Part shown: in pieces, positions 17,312 to 25,767 of the stretch
Layout of the letters: the number at the start of each line of letters is the position of its first letter
Position numbering within the stretch: position 1 is the stretch's first letter
Assembly (NCBI GenBank): GCA_026397255.1
Contig: JAPLVF010000013.1
Coordinates: 9,481 to 73,480 of the forward strand
Source of the DNA: Candidatus Beckwithbacteria bacterium
GTDB lineage: Bacteria; Patescibacteriota; Microgenomatia; UBA1400; CG1-02-47-37
Direction of reading: 5' to 3'
DNA: 64,000 nt
Made by a program: the position numbers and the translations under genes
Notes under the pieces: generated by a model
What the model was told of the DNA's origin: nothing
What the model saw: the letters and a program-made list of their open reading frames with translations, nothing else
The model's database searches: none

Positions 17312-17314
17312 GCT

Positions 17315-17938
17315 TTATTTAAACGGCCAAATATCTTCAATTCTTCTTGACCTTTTAAGCATAGTTAAATAATCAGAATCTTTTTTTGTAAAGTCAGAGA
17401 ACACTGCCCCAGCTACCATATCAGCCAGTTGAATCAGCGTGTTTTGTCTTGAATCCACAAACTTTAAATCTTTAAAGATTTTACTGTTCTTATTGTCTAA
17501 ACGCCTGGATAAATAAACTCTTAACTGATTCCTTAGGGTTCTCTCTCCTCTTTTATCAACTTTCAATTTTGCGTTTTTTATTGATCCGCCGCTTTGTTTC
17601 AAAACCTGCATGATTACATAGTTATAAAAATCTTCTTTATTGCTTCTTAATCTTTGGCTGCGAATTAATGCTTTGTTAACCATAATGGCTCTAACCCTAA
17701 ACTTAAATGATCTGATAGCGTTGAAAAAGGCTTTGCGAAATTTTCTGTTGGTTTTATTGAACTTAAATTCGTATTTATCTTGTAATTTCAGTTTTCTCCT
17801 TAGTTCTTTAATTGCCACCGAGGTCTTTTCTGCTTCCAGGTTGTCATTGAAAATAACTAAGGCCAACACAAAAATATCGCTTGAGCCTTTTTGGAGCTTA
17901 AAACCTGGATCTCCGGATTCGTCAATAAAAACTATCAT
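17315..17938 (-). CDS. DUF3800 family protein
   Basis: N-terminal MIVFIDESGDPGF matches the conserved iY/F-IDESG start remembered for DUF3800 proteins. Confidence 0.65.
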   Translation of the reverse strand: MIVFIDESGDPGFKLQKGSSDIFVLALVIFNDNLEAEKTSVAIKELRRKLKLQDKYEFKFNKTNRKFRKAFFNAIRSFKFRVRAIMVNKALIRSQRLRSNKEDFYNYVIMQVLKQSGGSIKNAKLKVDKRGERTLRNQLRVYLSRRLDNKNSKIFKDLKFVDSRQNTLIQLADMVAGAVFSDFTKKDSDYLTMLKRSRRIEDIWPFK

Positions 17939-17995
17939 TAAATTATTTTATCACCTAAGGCCTGAAAAATATCAGTTGTGTGATAAGATAAGTTT

Positions 17996-18856
17996 ATGAA
18001 AAAAGCGATGGTGACGGGGAGTTCGGGGTTTATTGGGAGAAAACTGATCAAGAGATTACAAAAAGACGGGGTGGAGGTAGTGGGGTTTTCTAGAAAAGAG
18101 GGGAAAAATATCACCAAAAAGGAAGATTTTGCGGGGTTGGGAAAGGTGGACACGGTGTTTCATCTGGCGGCAGTGTCGGGGTATAAGGACTGTGCGGAAA
18201 ACACCGGTTTGGCGTATGAGGTGAATGTGGGCGGAACAACTAATGTTTTAGAATATTGCCGGAAAAGCAAGGCAAAATTAATTTTTCCCAGCACGTATGT
18301 TTATGACCAGCCTTATTCAGAGGTGAAAACGGAAACGAGTGCGACGAAGCCGACGACGCATTATTCTTTCACGAAATTCTTAGGCGAAGAACTCTGTCGT
18401 TTTTACACGCGGGTATTTAAAGTGAACAGTTTGATTTTACGAACAGCCAATGTGTTCGGATTTGGCCAAGAAGACAAGTATTTGGTGCCGATTATCTTTA
18501 ATAATATTCTGGCAGGCCGAGAGTTTGAGCTGACCAAGCCGGAAATTGAACGGAGTTTTATTTATATTGCTGATTTGGTGGAGGCTTATGTCCGTCTGGC
18601 AGAAGCGAATAGCGAAAGCGGAGAAACATATAATATCGGACCGGAGAAGCCAACAACTTTGCAGGAATTGGTGCAGGCGATGGAGAAGGTAACCGGAAAG
18701 AAAGCCCGGGTAAAATATTCCGGCCAAGAGCGGCCAAATGAAGTGAATTTAAACCGGGTGGATACAGGTAAGATGAAAGCAAAACTTAACTGGCAGCCGG
18801 AAATCAGTTTAGAGCAGGGATTAAAACAATATCTGGAAAAACTTCATGAAGTTTAA
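17996..18856 (+). CDS. NAD-dependent epimerase/dehydratase (extended SDR)
   Basis: GSSGFIGRKL Rossmann motif and YxxxK (YSFTK). This is the intact copy of the repeated 5' end. Confidence 0.85.
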   Translation: MKKAMVTGSSGFIGRKLIKRLQKDGVEVVGFSRKEGKNITKKEDFAGLGKVDTVFHLAAVSGYKDCAENTGLAYEVNVGGTTNVLEYCRKSKAKLIFPSTYVYDQPYSEVKTETSATKPTTHYSFTKFLGEELCRFYTRVFKVNSLILRTANVFGFGQEDKYLVPIIFNNILAGREFELTKPEIERSFIYIADLVEAYVRLAEANSESGETYNIGPEKPTTLQELVQAMEKVTGKKARVKYSGQERPNEVNLNRVDTGKMKAKLNWQPEISLEQGLKQYLEKLHEV

Positions 18857-19607
18857 AAAAACAGCATTGTCCGGTTACTATACTGACCAATATTTTAAAT
18901 CCCGGGTAAACAAGCAAAAAACTTTACGCCAAGCAGACCCGGCAATTTTCCAAAAGGTCGCTCAATTTATCAACTTAACCGGCCCGGTTGGCGATATTGG
19001 CTCTGGGGCAGGAAATTTTCTTAAAGCCTGCGAGACAAGAGGCATTAAAGCAATTGGAATTGAGGGCTGCAAAGCCGCCGTGCTCTGGGCCAATAAAAAT
19101 TCTAATAACAAAACTATCCGGCATGATTTAACTAAAAAACTGCCTTTTAAAGACAATTTTTTCCAGCTGGTGCAAAGCAATTCAGTCGTGGAACACTTAA
19201 AACCAGCCGCGGCCGACCAGGTGATCGCTGAAGCTTACCGAATTCTTAGGCCGCAGGGCCTTTTTGTTTGCAGCTGCCCGAATTATTTTGACTGGGCAGA
19301 AAGATTCCCGGAACATATTAACCTCTATACGCCGACAAGATTAAGGCAAGCGCTGAAAAAGCATAAATTCCAAATAGTTTATGAGCATTTCAGCTTCAAT
19401 TTGTCATTACTCACTCCCTGGGAGAGATTTAAAGAGAATGTGCCGACCGGAAAGTGGCGCCTGATGACGAAAAAAAACTCAAGGTTAATTAATTTAATTT
19501 TGGCGCCAATCTGGCTGCCGGTAAGACTCATTAATAAATATATTTTAAACTGGGAAACATTAGATATTGTGGCAGGAGAATGTTATTTTATCGGCCGGAA
19601 AAATTAA
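18846..19607 (+). CDS. class I SAM-dependent methyltransferase
   Basis: DIGSGAGNFL motif I. Overlaps the epimerase stop. Confidence 0.65.
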   Translation: MKFKKTALSGYYTDQYFKSRVNKQKTLRQADPAIFQKVAQFINLTGPVGDIGSGAGNFLKACETRGIKAIGIEGCKAAVLWANKNSNNKTIRHDLTKKLPFKDNFFQLVQSNSVVEHLKPAAADQVIAEAYRILRPQGLFVCSCPNYFDWAERFPEHINLYTPTRLRQALKKHKFQIVYEHFSFNLSLLTPWERFKENVPTGKWRLMTKKNSRLINLILAPIWLPVRLINKYILNWETLDIVAGECYFIGRKN

Positions 19608-20974
19608 AAGAATTCCAAAGATGCGGCAATCTGTAAACAAATGTCTTTATATTGGTTGCGGACGTCCTGGGCGGTGCCATTCCAGGTAAGGTTAAGAATA
19701 TAATCGTTGTGGTCAATAAAGATGGAAAAGATGTCATTCCCCTCGCCCAGACTGCTGAAAAACAGACCGGCGGAGTTAGCGATCACTAACTGACGGGATT
19801 CACGGCCCTGATCGGTTAAGGCCGTAACTGCCGGAAAATTGGCTAAAGCGTAGTTACCTTTCTTGGCGGCAGTCGCAATAAAAATGACGTGGGGAGCAGA
19901 CAATTTGTCTTCAGCAACATTACTGAAAGTAACGACTCCCGGATTCTGGTTTTGATTAATGACGGACCAATCAAAGGGGTGGCGGAGTTTATAACGAAAA
20001 GTTTCATTGGAATAATATTTCCAGTTGGTATAAGTGGGTTTAGTCACGGCTGAAGTAGTCGCAACAGGCGAAGCAATTCCGGCGGCTGACGGAGAAGCTG
20101 AAGGTTCGTTGATTACTGGCTGAGGAGCAGCTGATTGACAGCCGCTGAAAACCAGCAGGCTGAAAATTAAACAGCCGGACCAGAAAAACTGACGATACAC
20201 AGCTTTTTTTATACCAACTGGGACTAAAAAAGACAAGAGGGGTTTTATCAGCTTCCAAACCTCGCTTTTGGGATAATGGTATTTGGTTAAAGCTAACCAA
20301 CGGGCTTTTAAGGCTAATTTTTCCTGGGTTTTTAAATTTTTTAAAGAAATGGCCGAAGCAGTATTCACCCGGTAATAAAGCAGAGGTTCGGATAGGTTGG
20401 CGGTCTGGTATTTGGCAACAATTCTTAAAGCTAATTCATAATCCTGAGCAAAAGGGAAGGTGTCGTCATAACCATCCAGGTCAAAAATAATTTCCCGCCG
20501 GACCAGCCAGGTGGGGTGAATAAAGGGACAGTATTTAAGAATATTGGCCCGGATATGCTGATGATCCTGAGGATTTGTCTTGAGGCCAACTTGTTTACCC
20601 TGACTATCAATTAAATAAGCGGCTGTGCCTAACAAGACGATGTCCGAATGGCTGGTCATATACTGCAGCTGTTTGGCCAGACGGGTCGGGAAACTGATGT
20701 CGTCGGCGTCCATGCGGCTAATCAGCGGGGTTTTGACCTGCCTTAAGGCTTTATTTAAGGATTTAGTTAAACCAAGGTGGTGCTGATTGGTAATGATTTT
20801 GATGCGATTGTCTTTTTTGGCAAATTTAGCCAAAATCCGGGGAGATTCATCACTGGAACAGTCGTCAACAATATAAAAAACAAAGTCGGAAAAAGTTTGA
20901 GATAAAATACTAGTGATGGCTTGGGCTAAAGTGGTTTCGTTGTTATAAACGGTCATCAAGACGCTTAACTGCAT
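19604..20974 (-). CDS. glycosyltransferase family 2 with TM segment and C-terminal extracytoplasmic domain
   Basis: N-terminal LSVLMTVYNNE...VDDCSSDES...RMDADD GT2 (DxD) core. Later hydrophobic segment with SGCQS and a Pro/Ser-rich linker. Confidence 0.8.
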   Translation of the reverse strand: MQLSVLMTVYNNETTLAQAITSILSQTFSDFVFYIVDDCSSDESPRILAKFAKKDNRIKIITNQHHLGLTKSLNKALRQVKTPLISRMDADDISFPTRLAKQLQYMTSHSDIVLLGTAAYLIDSQGKQVGLKTNPQDHQHIRANILKYCPFIHPTWLVRREIIFDLDGYDDTFPFAQDYELALRIVAKYQTANLSEPLLYYRVNTASAISLKNLKTQEKLALKARWLALTKYHYPKSEVWKLIKPLLSFLVPVGIKKAVYRQFFWSGCLIFSLLVFSGCQSAAPQPVINEPSASPSAAGIASPVATTSAVTKPTYTNWKYYSNETFRYKLRHPFDWSVINQNQNPGVVTFSNVAEDKLSAPHVIFIATAAKKGNYALANFPAVTALTDQGRESRQLVIANSAGLFFSSLGEGNDIFSIFIDHNDYILNLTWNGTAQDVRNQYKDICLQIAASLEFF

Positions 20975-20998
20975 ATATATTCATAGTATACTATCCTC

Positions 20999-21880
20999 AT
21001 GAAAGCGTTTATAACCGGCATTTCCGGGTTTTCCGGCTCCCATCTTAAACAACTATTGGAAAAAGAAAAAATTCAGGTCAGCGGCTTGTATAGTGATTTA
21101 AGGGGTAAAACCGGCTTAAAAAAAATTGTTGAAAAAGTTAAGCCTGATTGGGTGTTTCATTTAGCCAGCCCGGTAATAAGAAGCAAGCAAATGATTGATG
21201 AGGGTTTGGCGAAAAATCTGGAAGTGGATTTATTCGGGACAGTGAATTTAATCGAAGCCCTGGCCGAATTAAAAACCATGCCGAAACTGCTGATTACCGG
21301 TACGGCGGCGGAGTATGACCCGGAAATTAAGGCGGCGAGGCAAGAAACCGATGCCTTAATCCCCAATTCCAGCTACGGCTTGAGTAAAATGACCCAGGAG
21401 TTAGTCAGCCGGAAGTTATGCCAAAGCTATGACATCCCTTTGATTTACGCCCGGTCGTTTTTATTAATCGGGCCGGGCCAGAAACCGGGCTTTGTGATTA
21501 ACGACTGGTGCCGGCAATTAGCACAAAGTCAAAAAAAGTTAATCACCGGCAATTTAAGCATCAGGCGGGATTTTACGGATGTGCGTGACGGAGTCGCGGC
21601 CTACTTATTACTCATGAAAAAAGGCAAGCCGGGAGAAGTTTATAATGTTTGTTCGGGCCAAAGCCGGGAATTAAAAGAAGTTATTCTGGCATTAAAACAG
21701 GTGGTGAAAAATGATTTTATCGTTGATGAAGATAAAAATAGATTTAAGAATAATGATCCACTGGAATTATTCGGCGATAATACGAAATTAAAGGCTTTGG
21801 GGTGGAAACAGAAATTTTCTTTGGAAGATAGTTTGAGAGAGACACTGGATTATTGGTCCAGTAAGGTCCGACCTTTTTGA
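20999..21880 (+). CDS. NAD-dependent epimerase/dehydratase family (GDP-sugar reductase/epimerase-like)
   Basis: MKAFITGISGFSGSHL N-terminus and YGLSK catalytic YxxxK. Confidence 0.8.
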   Translation: MKAFITGISGFSGSHLKQLLEKEKIQVSGLYSDLRGKTGLKKIVEKVKPDWVFHLASPVIRSKQMIDEGLAKNLEVDLFGTVNLIEALAELKTMPKLLITGTAAEYDPEIKAARQETDALIPNSSYGLSKMTQELVSRKLCQSYDIPLIYARSFLLIGPGQKPGFVINDWCRQLAQSQKKLITGNLSIRRDFTDVRDGVAAYLLLMKKGKPGEVYNVCSGQSRELKEVILALKQVVKNDFIVDEDKNRFKNNDPLELFGDNTKLKALGWKQKFSLEDSLRETLDYWSSKVRPF

Positions 21881-21938
21881 AATCTAAGATCCGTTAAGGT
21901 CGGACCTTAGAAAATCAAGGAGTCACCTTCTACATTCC

Positions 21939-21974
21939 AAAAAGGTCAGACCTTGTAAGGTCTGACCTTTTTAA
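21939..21974. terminator. bidirectional intrinsic terminator
   Basis: AAAAAGGTCAGACC-TTGTAA-GGTCTGACCTTTTT is a perfect 14 bp stem flanked by A5 and T5, between convergent genes. It overlaps the last codons of the GT4 gene. Confidence 0.7.
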
Positions 21975-22962
21975 ACGCTTGATAGTAGCGGGAAGCGGTT
22001 TTGGACCAGGAATAATTTTTCGAAACTAACTGATAACCATTTTCACCCATCACAGCTAAAGACGGGTTTTGCAGAGCTAACTTCATGGTACGGGCTAAGG
22101 CTGGAGCGTCTCCGGCAGGAACTAAGTAACCGTTAGCCTGATTAACAAATTTAGCGACACTGCCGACTTGAGTGGCAATTACCGGCAACTGATGCGCCCA
22201 GGCCTCAAATAAAATCAAGGGGTGGCCTTCGGCTAAAGACGGCAAAACCAGACAGTGGGCCCGGAATAATTCTTTGTCTAAATCCGCTTGGCTCAACACT
22301 TTAAAACCAGGACCAAATAAGTGCAGTTTTGTTTGGGGAAACTGTTTTTGCACGAGTGAAAAAGCTTCTTGTAAAACCGGAATCCCCTTCCGCGGCTCGT
22401 TGCGGGCGACGGTTAAAAAAGTAAAATTACCCCACTTCGCCCCCACTTCGCCAGAGGCTACGCGGGGCAAGCTGACTCCGTTGGGGATAAATTTGGCATC
22501 TTTTAAGGTCAGGTCGTCGGTTATAACCAAATTATATTTGAATTTTTGGGTGATTAATCTTTCTAACCACTGGAGGCGGCTGCCGAAACCAATCGCCACT
22601 AAAACCACCGGAGTTTTTTTCACTAATTTAATTAATTGAAGGGTAATTGCCGGCAGCCAGGTAGAAGCGAGGAAAATATCCGGCTTGAACTTTAAACAAT
22701 AAAAGAAAGACTGAATTATAAACCAAAAACGACCAAGAGGATTAAAAAAAGGCAAAGCTGGTCCGAGGCGGATAATTTTCAAACGATTATTAAAATAAGT
22801 TTCGTTGTTAGCAAAAATTTTACCCTCGTAACGCAAGGTCCGGGTGACAACGGTAATTTGGCAATGATGGTCTTTAACCAAACGGCTGGTTAATTCCCAA
22901 AATAACTTCTGGCCGCCGCCGATAAGCGGCTGCCAGGCATCGCAAATAAAAACAAGGTTCAT
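21946..22962 (-). CDS. glycosyltransferase family 4
   Basis: SLAEGHPLILFEAWAHQLPVIATQVG motif. Confidence 0.8.
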   Translation of the reverse strand: MNLVFICDAWQPLIGGGQKLFWELTSRLVKDHHCQITVVTRTLRYEGKIFANNETYFNNRLKIIRLGPALPFFNPLGRFWFIIQSFFYCLKFKPDIFLASTWLPAITLQLIKLVKKTPVVLVAIGFGSRLQWLERLITQKFKYNLVITDDLTLKDAKFIPNGVSLPRVASGEVGAKWGNFTFLTVARNEPRKGIPVLQEAFSLVQKQFPQTKLHLFGPGFKVLSQADLDKELFRAHCLVLPSLAEGHPLILFEAWAHQLPVIATQVGSVAKFVNQANGYLVPAGDAPALARTMKLALQNPSLAVMGENGYQLVSKNYSWSKTASRYYQAFKKVRPYKV

Positions 22963-22963
22963 G

Positions 22964-23659
22964 TTAATCGTTGACTAAGCGATATTTGATAATCGTAAAC
23001 ACCAAGTCCAGGCCGTCGCGAAAACGGATTTTCTTTCCCTGAAGACGGGTGCGCGGGTGGAAACTCACGGGAACTTCAGCAATTTTAAAACCTAATTTTA
23101 AGGCTTTGACCGTAAACTCGGCGTCAAACTCAAACTGAACAGAACGGAGGTTAATTTTGGTTAAAACCTCTTTGGTAAAGGCTTTATAGGCAGTATTAAT
23201 ATCGCTGACCCAGTGGCCGAAAAGAAGCCCGGTTAAGGTGCTGGTAATCTTGGTCGCCAACCAACTTTTAAAAGGGATTTTGGTTTGGGAATTTAGAATT
23301 CTTGAACCGTAAACAATTTTGGCTTGGTTGCTAAGGATCGGCTCTAAAAGCAGGTGAAATTCCTGCGGATCAAGCTCCAGATCAGCATCCTGAATAATCA
23401 CAATGTCGCCGGTAGACTGTTTTAAACCTAAGCGGATAGCCGCCCCCTTACCTAAATTAATCGGCAGTGATAAAACTTTAAGGTTCGGAATTTTTTGAAG
23501 TTTGGCGTTGATTTGCTGACGGCTATCATCAGTGGAGCCATCATCAACCACAATAATTTCTTTGGTAATATTTTTAAGTTTTACCGCCCTAACTTTTTCA
23601 ATTAAAGCGGCAATTGTCGCCTGTTCGTTGTAAACCGGAATGATTACGGACAATTTCAT
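22964..23659 (-). CDS. GT2 polyprenol-phosphate sugar synthase (DPM1/GtrB/ArnC-like)
   Basis: MKLSVIIPVYNE...VDDGSTDDS...IQDADLE in a ~230 aa soluble GT2. Confidence 0.8.
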   Translation of the reverse strand: MKLSVIIPVYNEQATIAALIEKVRAVKLKNITKEIIVVDDGSTDDSRQQINAKLQKIPNLKVLSLPINLGKGAAIRLGLKQSTGDIVIIQDADLELDPQEFHLLLEPILSNQAKIVYGSRILNSQTKIPFKSWLATKITSTLTGLLFGHWVSDINTAYKAFTKEVLTKINLRSVQFEFDAEFTVKALKLGFKIAEVPVSFHPRTRLQGKKIRFRDGLDLVFTIIKYRLVND

Positions 23660-24741
23660 AACTGTTTACTTATTACAGACAAATAAACTTTCTTGGTTTC
23701 ATTGTAAATTTTTTGCCAAGTGTAGTGATTAGATAACTTTAAGGCTTCCAGTTGTTTTTGACGATAAAGTTCTTTGTCAGTTAAAAGACGTTCAATTTGC
23801 TTAGCCAAATCACTTTCGTTCCCCGGCTTAAAGAAAAGCGTCCCCTGGCCAAAATTGGTAATTTCCTGATTAACCGGAATACTGGCTAAAACGCAGGGTA
23901 GGCCGCAGGCCATGGCTTCAATCGTCGCCAAACCAAAGCCTTCCACAACCGACGGCAGGCAAAAAATCCGGGAGCGGGACAATGTATCAATTAGTTCATG
24001 ACGGGAGAGATAGTCAACAATTTTGGCTTTATCTGTTAAACGGAATTCCTGAATAAGTTTAAGTAAATGTTTCTTTTGCGGGCCGCGGCCGATGATCAAT
24101 AAACGTAACGGCAGATTATCCAATAAAGACATTGCCTTAATTAAAACATCAATCCGTTTGGTTTTAACCAAACGCGCCAGGCAAATAATTGTGGTTTTAG
24201 TAAACTTTTCCGGGGAAGAAGTGAAGCTAAACTCTTTCGGGTCAATGCCGCCGTGAACGACAACTAAATGATCAGTTTTAACTTTGGCTTTTAACAGCTT
24301 GGTTTTGGTGGAATCGCTTAGGGCAATCACCCCGTCCCAGGACAGTTTTAAATAAAGTTTTTCCATCAGCCAGCCGGTGATGCCGACAAACCAACCAAAA
24401 TCCAGCCAGTTTTTTCCTAAAACATCCGGCACCCAGATTATTACCGGCTTGGTTTTAAGCCGAGCCGCCAAAAACGCCGGCAAGTAAGTGACGACATTGG
24501 AAGCTTCGACTAAATCAAATTTGGTAAACAGGGCTTTAATTAAAGATCTAAATAAATAACCGGTCCGGCTGAACACGGATAAAGGCGTAGCCGGCACCTG
24601 CCGGGAAGAAGAAGCAATCACTTTAACTAAAAAATCTTTTTTAGCCTGTTTAATGATGTAGTATGCCCGGGCCTCAACTCCACCGGTAAATATCAATTCG
24701 TCGTTTTTAGGGAAAAACTCGGTTAAAAACAACAATTTCAT
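23656..24741 (-). CDS. glycosyltransferase family 4
   Basis: VVEGFGLATIEAMACGLPCVLA motif. Confidence 0.75.
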   Translation of the reverse strand: MKLLFLTEFFPKNDELIFTGGVEARAYYIIKQAKKDFLVKVIASSSRQVPATPLSVFSRTGYLFRSLIKALFTKFDLVEASNVVTYLPAFLAARLKTKPVIIWVPDVLGKNWLDFGWFVGITGWLMEKLYLKLSWDGVIALSDSTKTKLLKAKVKTDHLVVVHGGIDPKEFSFTSSPEKFTKTTIICLARLVKTKRIDVLIKAMSLLDNLPLRLLIIGRGPQKKHLLKLIQEFRLTDKAKIVDYLSRHELIDTLSRSRIFCLPSVVEGFGLATIEAMACGLPCVLASIPVNQEITNFGQGTLFFKPGNESDLAKQIERLLTDKELYRQKQLEALKLSNHYTWQKIYNETKKVYLSVISKQL

Positions 24742-25076
24742 TTCTTTTTTTCCTGATTCAAGGCAATCATCCGGACCAGTTTAGTCAAATCGTGGCGCAG
24801 GTTTTCCAGCAAAACATTAGTCCGAAAAATAAGATAAAACAGTAAAATAATGGAGGCATAAATAACGGCGTCACTGCCCCGGTTAATACCTAATTGCTTA
24901 GCAACAATCGAGGTTAATTCCGGTTCAAAGACGCCCAGTAAAGCCACAATAAACAAACCAAACCAAAAACTGCCGCTAGCTAAAGTTAAACTGCCGTCTT
25001 TTAATCTTAAGAAAACCCGGGAAGCGGCAAAAAGCAGAAAAACACTGAAAATAATCTGAACCGGCAAAAAGGACAT
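24738..25076 (-). CDS. DUF2304-like small membrane protein (GT2-associated)
   Basis: 112 aa, two hydrophobic helices, then RGSDAVIYASIILLFYLIFR and a charged tail. Sits directly upstream of a DPM1-like GT2, as is typical for DUF2304. Confidence 0.5.
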   Translation of the reverse strand: MSFLPVQIIFSVFLLFAASRVFLRLKDGSLTLASGSFWFGLFIVALLGVFEPELTSIVAKQLGINRGSDAVIYASIILLFYLIFRTNVLLENLRHDLTKLVRMIALNQEKKK

Positions 25077-25080
25077 AAGT

Positions 25081-25767
25081 TTACCTTAATAATCTTAGCA
25101 CCAGGCGGAACAAAATGGCAAATACATTACCGGGCTTGACGCCTTTACTCAATGAATAATCAGTATAAATAACTTTTATCGGCACTTCGGTAAATTTCAG
25201 CTGATGGTATTTGATTTCCCGGAAAAATTCGTTGCTGACTTCCATCCGTTCGGTCTTTAATTCAATTAATTGAATCGCTTTCTTATTAAAGCCGCGAAAC
25301 CCGGATAAAGAATCCGTAGTGCTAACGCCGAAAAAAACTTTGGTTAATAAATTAAAGGCCTGATTGTTAATTTTTCTTAAAAACGGCATTTTGCCGATTT
25401 GACTTAGAAGACGGCTGCCGATAACCACATCGGCCTGGTGATTCAGTAGTGGATTTAATAGTTTAATTAAATCAGCCGGGTCGTGCTGGCCGTCCGAATC
25501 CATGGTGATGGCAAAGTCCGCGTTAATTTTTTCGGCATAGTTAAGACCGGTGGCTAAAGACGCACCTAAACCCCGGTTAATCACGTGAGTTAAAACCGTG
25601 ACGCCGGCAGTCTTGGCGACTGGAGCGGTTTTATCGGTCGAACCATCATTAACCACGCAAATTTCTGATTCGAGCGGAAAGGCAACCACGGTTTTTTTCA
25701 CTTCCCGTAAAACCTGATCAAGAACCTTGGCTTCATTTAAGGCAGGCAGAATAATTAAAAGTTTCAT
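25081..25767 (-). CDS. GT2 polyprenol-phosphate sugar synthase (DPM1-like)
   Basis: LLIILPALNE...VNDGSTDKT...TMDSDGQHDP. Confidence 0.8.
   Translation of the reverse strand: MKLLIILPALNEAKVLDQVLREVKKTVVAFPLESEICVVNDGSTDKTAPVAKTAGVTVLTHVINRGLGASLATGLNYAEKINADFAITMDSDGQHDPADLIKLLNPLLNHQADVVIGSRLLSQIGKMPFLRKINNQAFNLLTKVFFGVSTTDSLSGFRGFNKKAIQLIELKTERMEVSNEFFREIKYHQLKFTEVPIKVIYTDYSLSKGVKPGNVFAILFRLVLRLLR

Noticed and set aside
17244-17313. tRNA-like appearance (7 bp terminal stem GACCCTG/CAGGGTC, about 70 nt) next to cassette boundaries, where integrative elements often target tRNAs.
   Set aside because: The internal arms do not fold into D, anticodon or T arms (no GTTC-type T-loop, and arm lengths are wrong) on either strand. 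Kept only as an unclassified structured element.
17074-17340. An 88 aa minus-strand ORF, plus the 15169-15384 and 15254-15460 ORFs, spanning the repeat copies.
   Set aside because: They run through the duplicated epimerase 5' fragments and the structured element. No coding signal and no translational coupling, so they are probably spurious.
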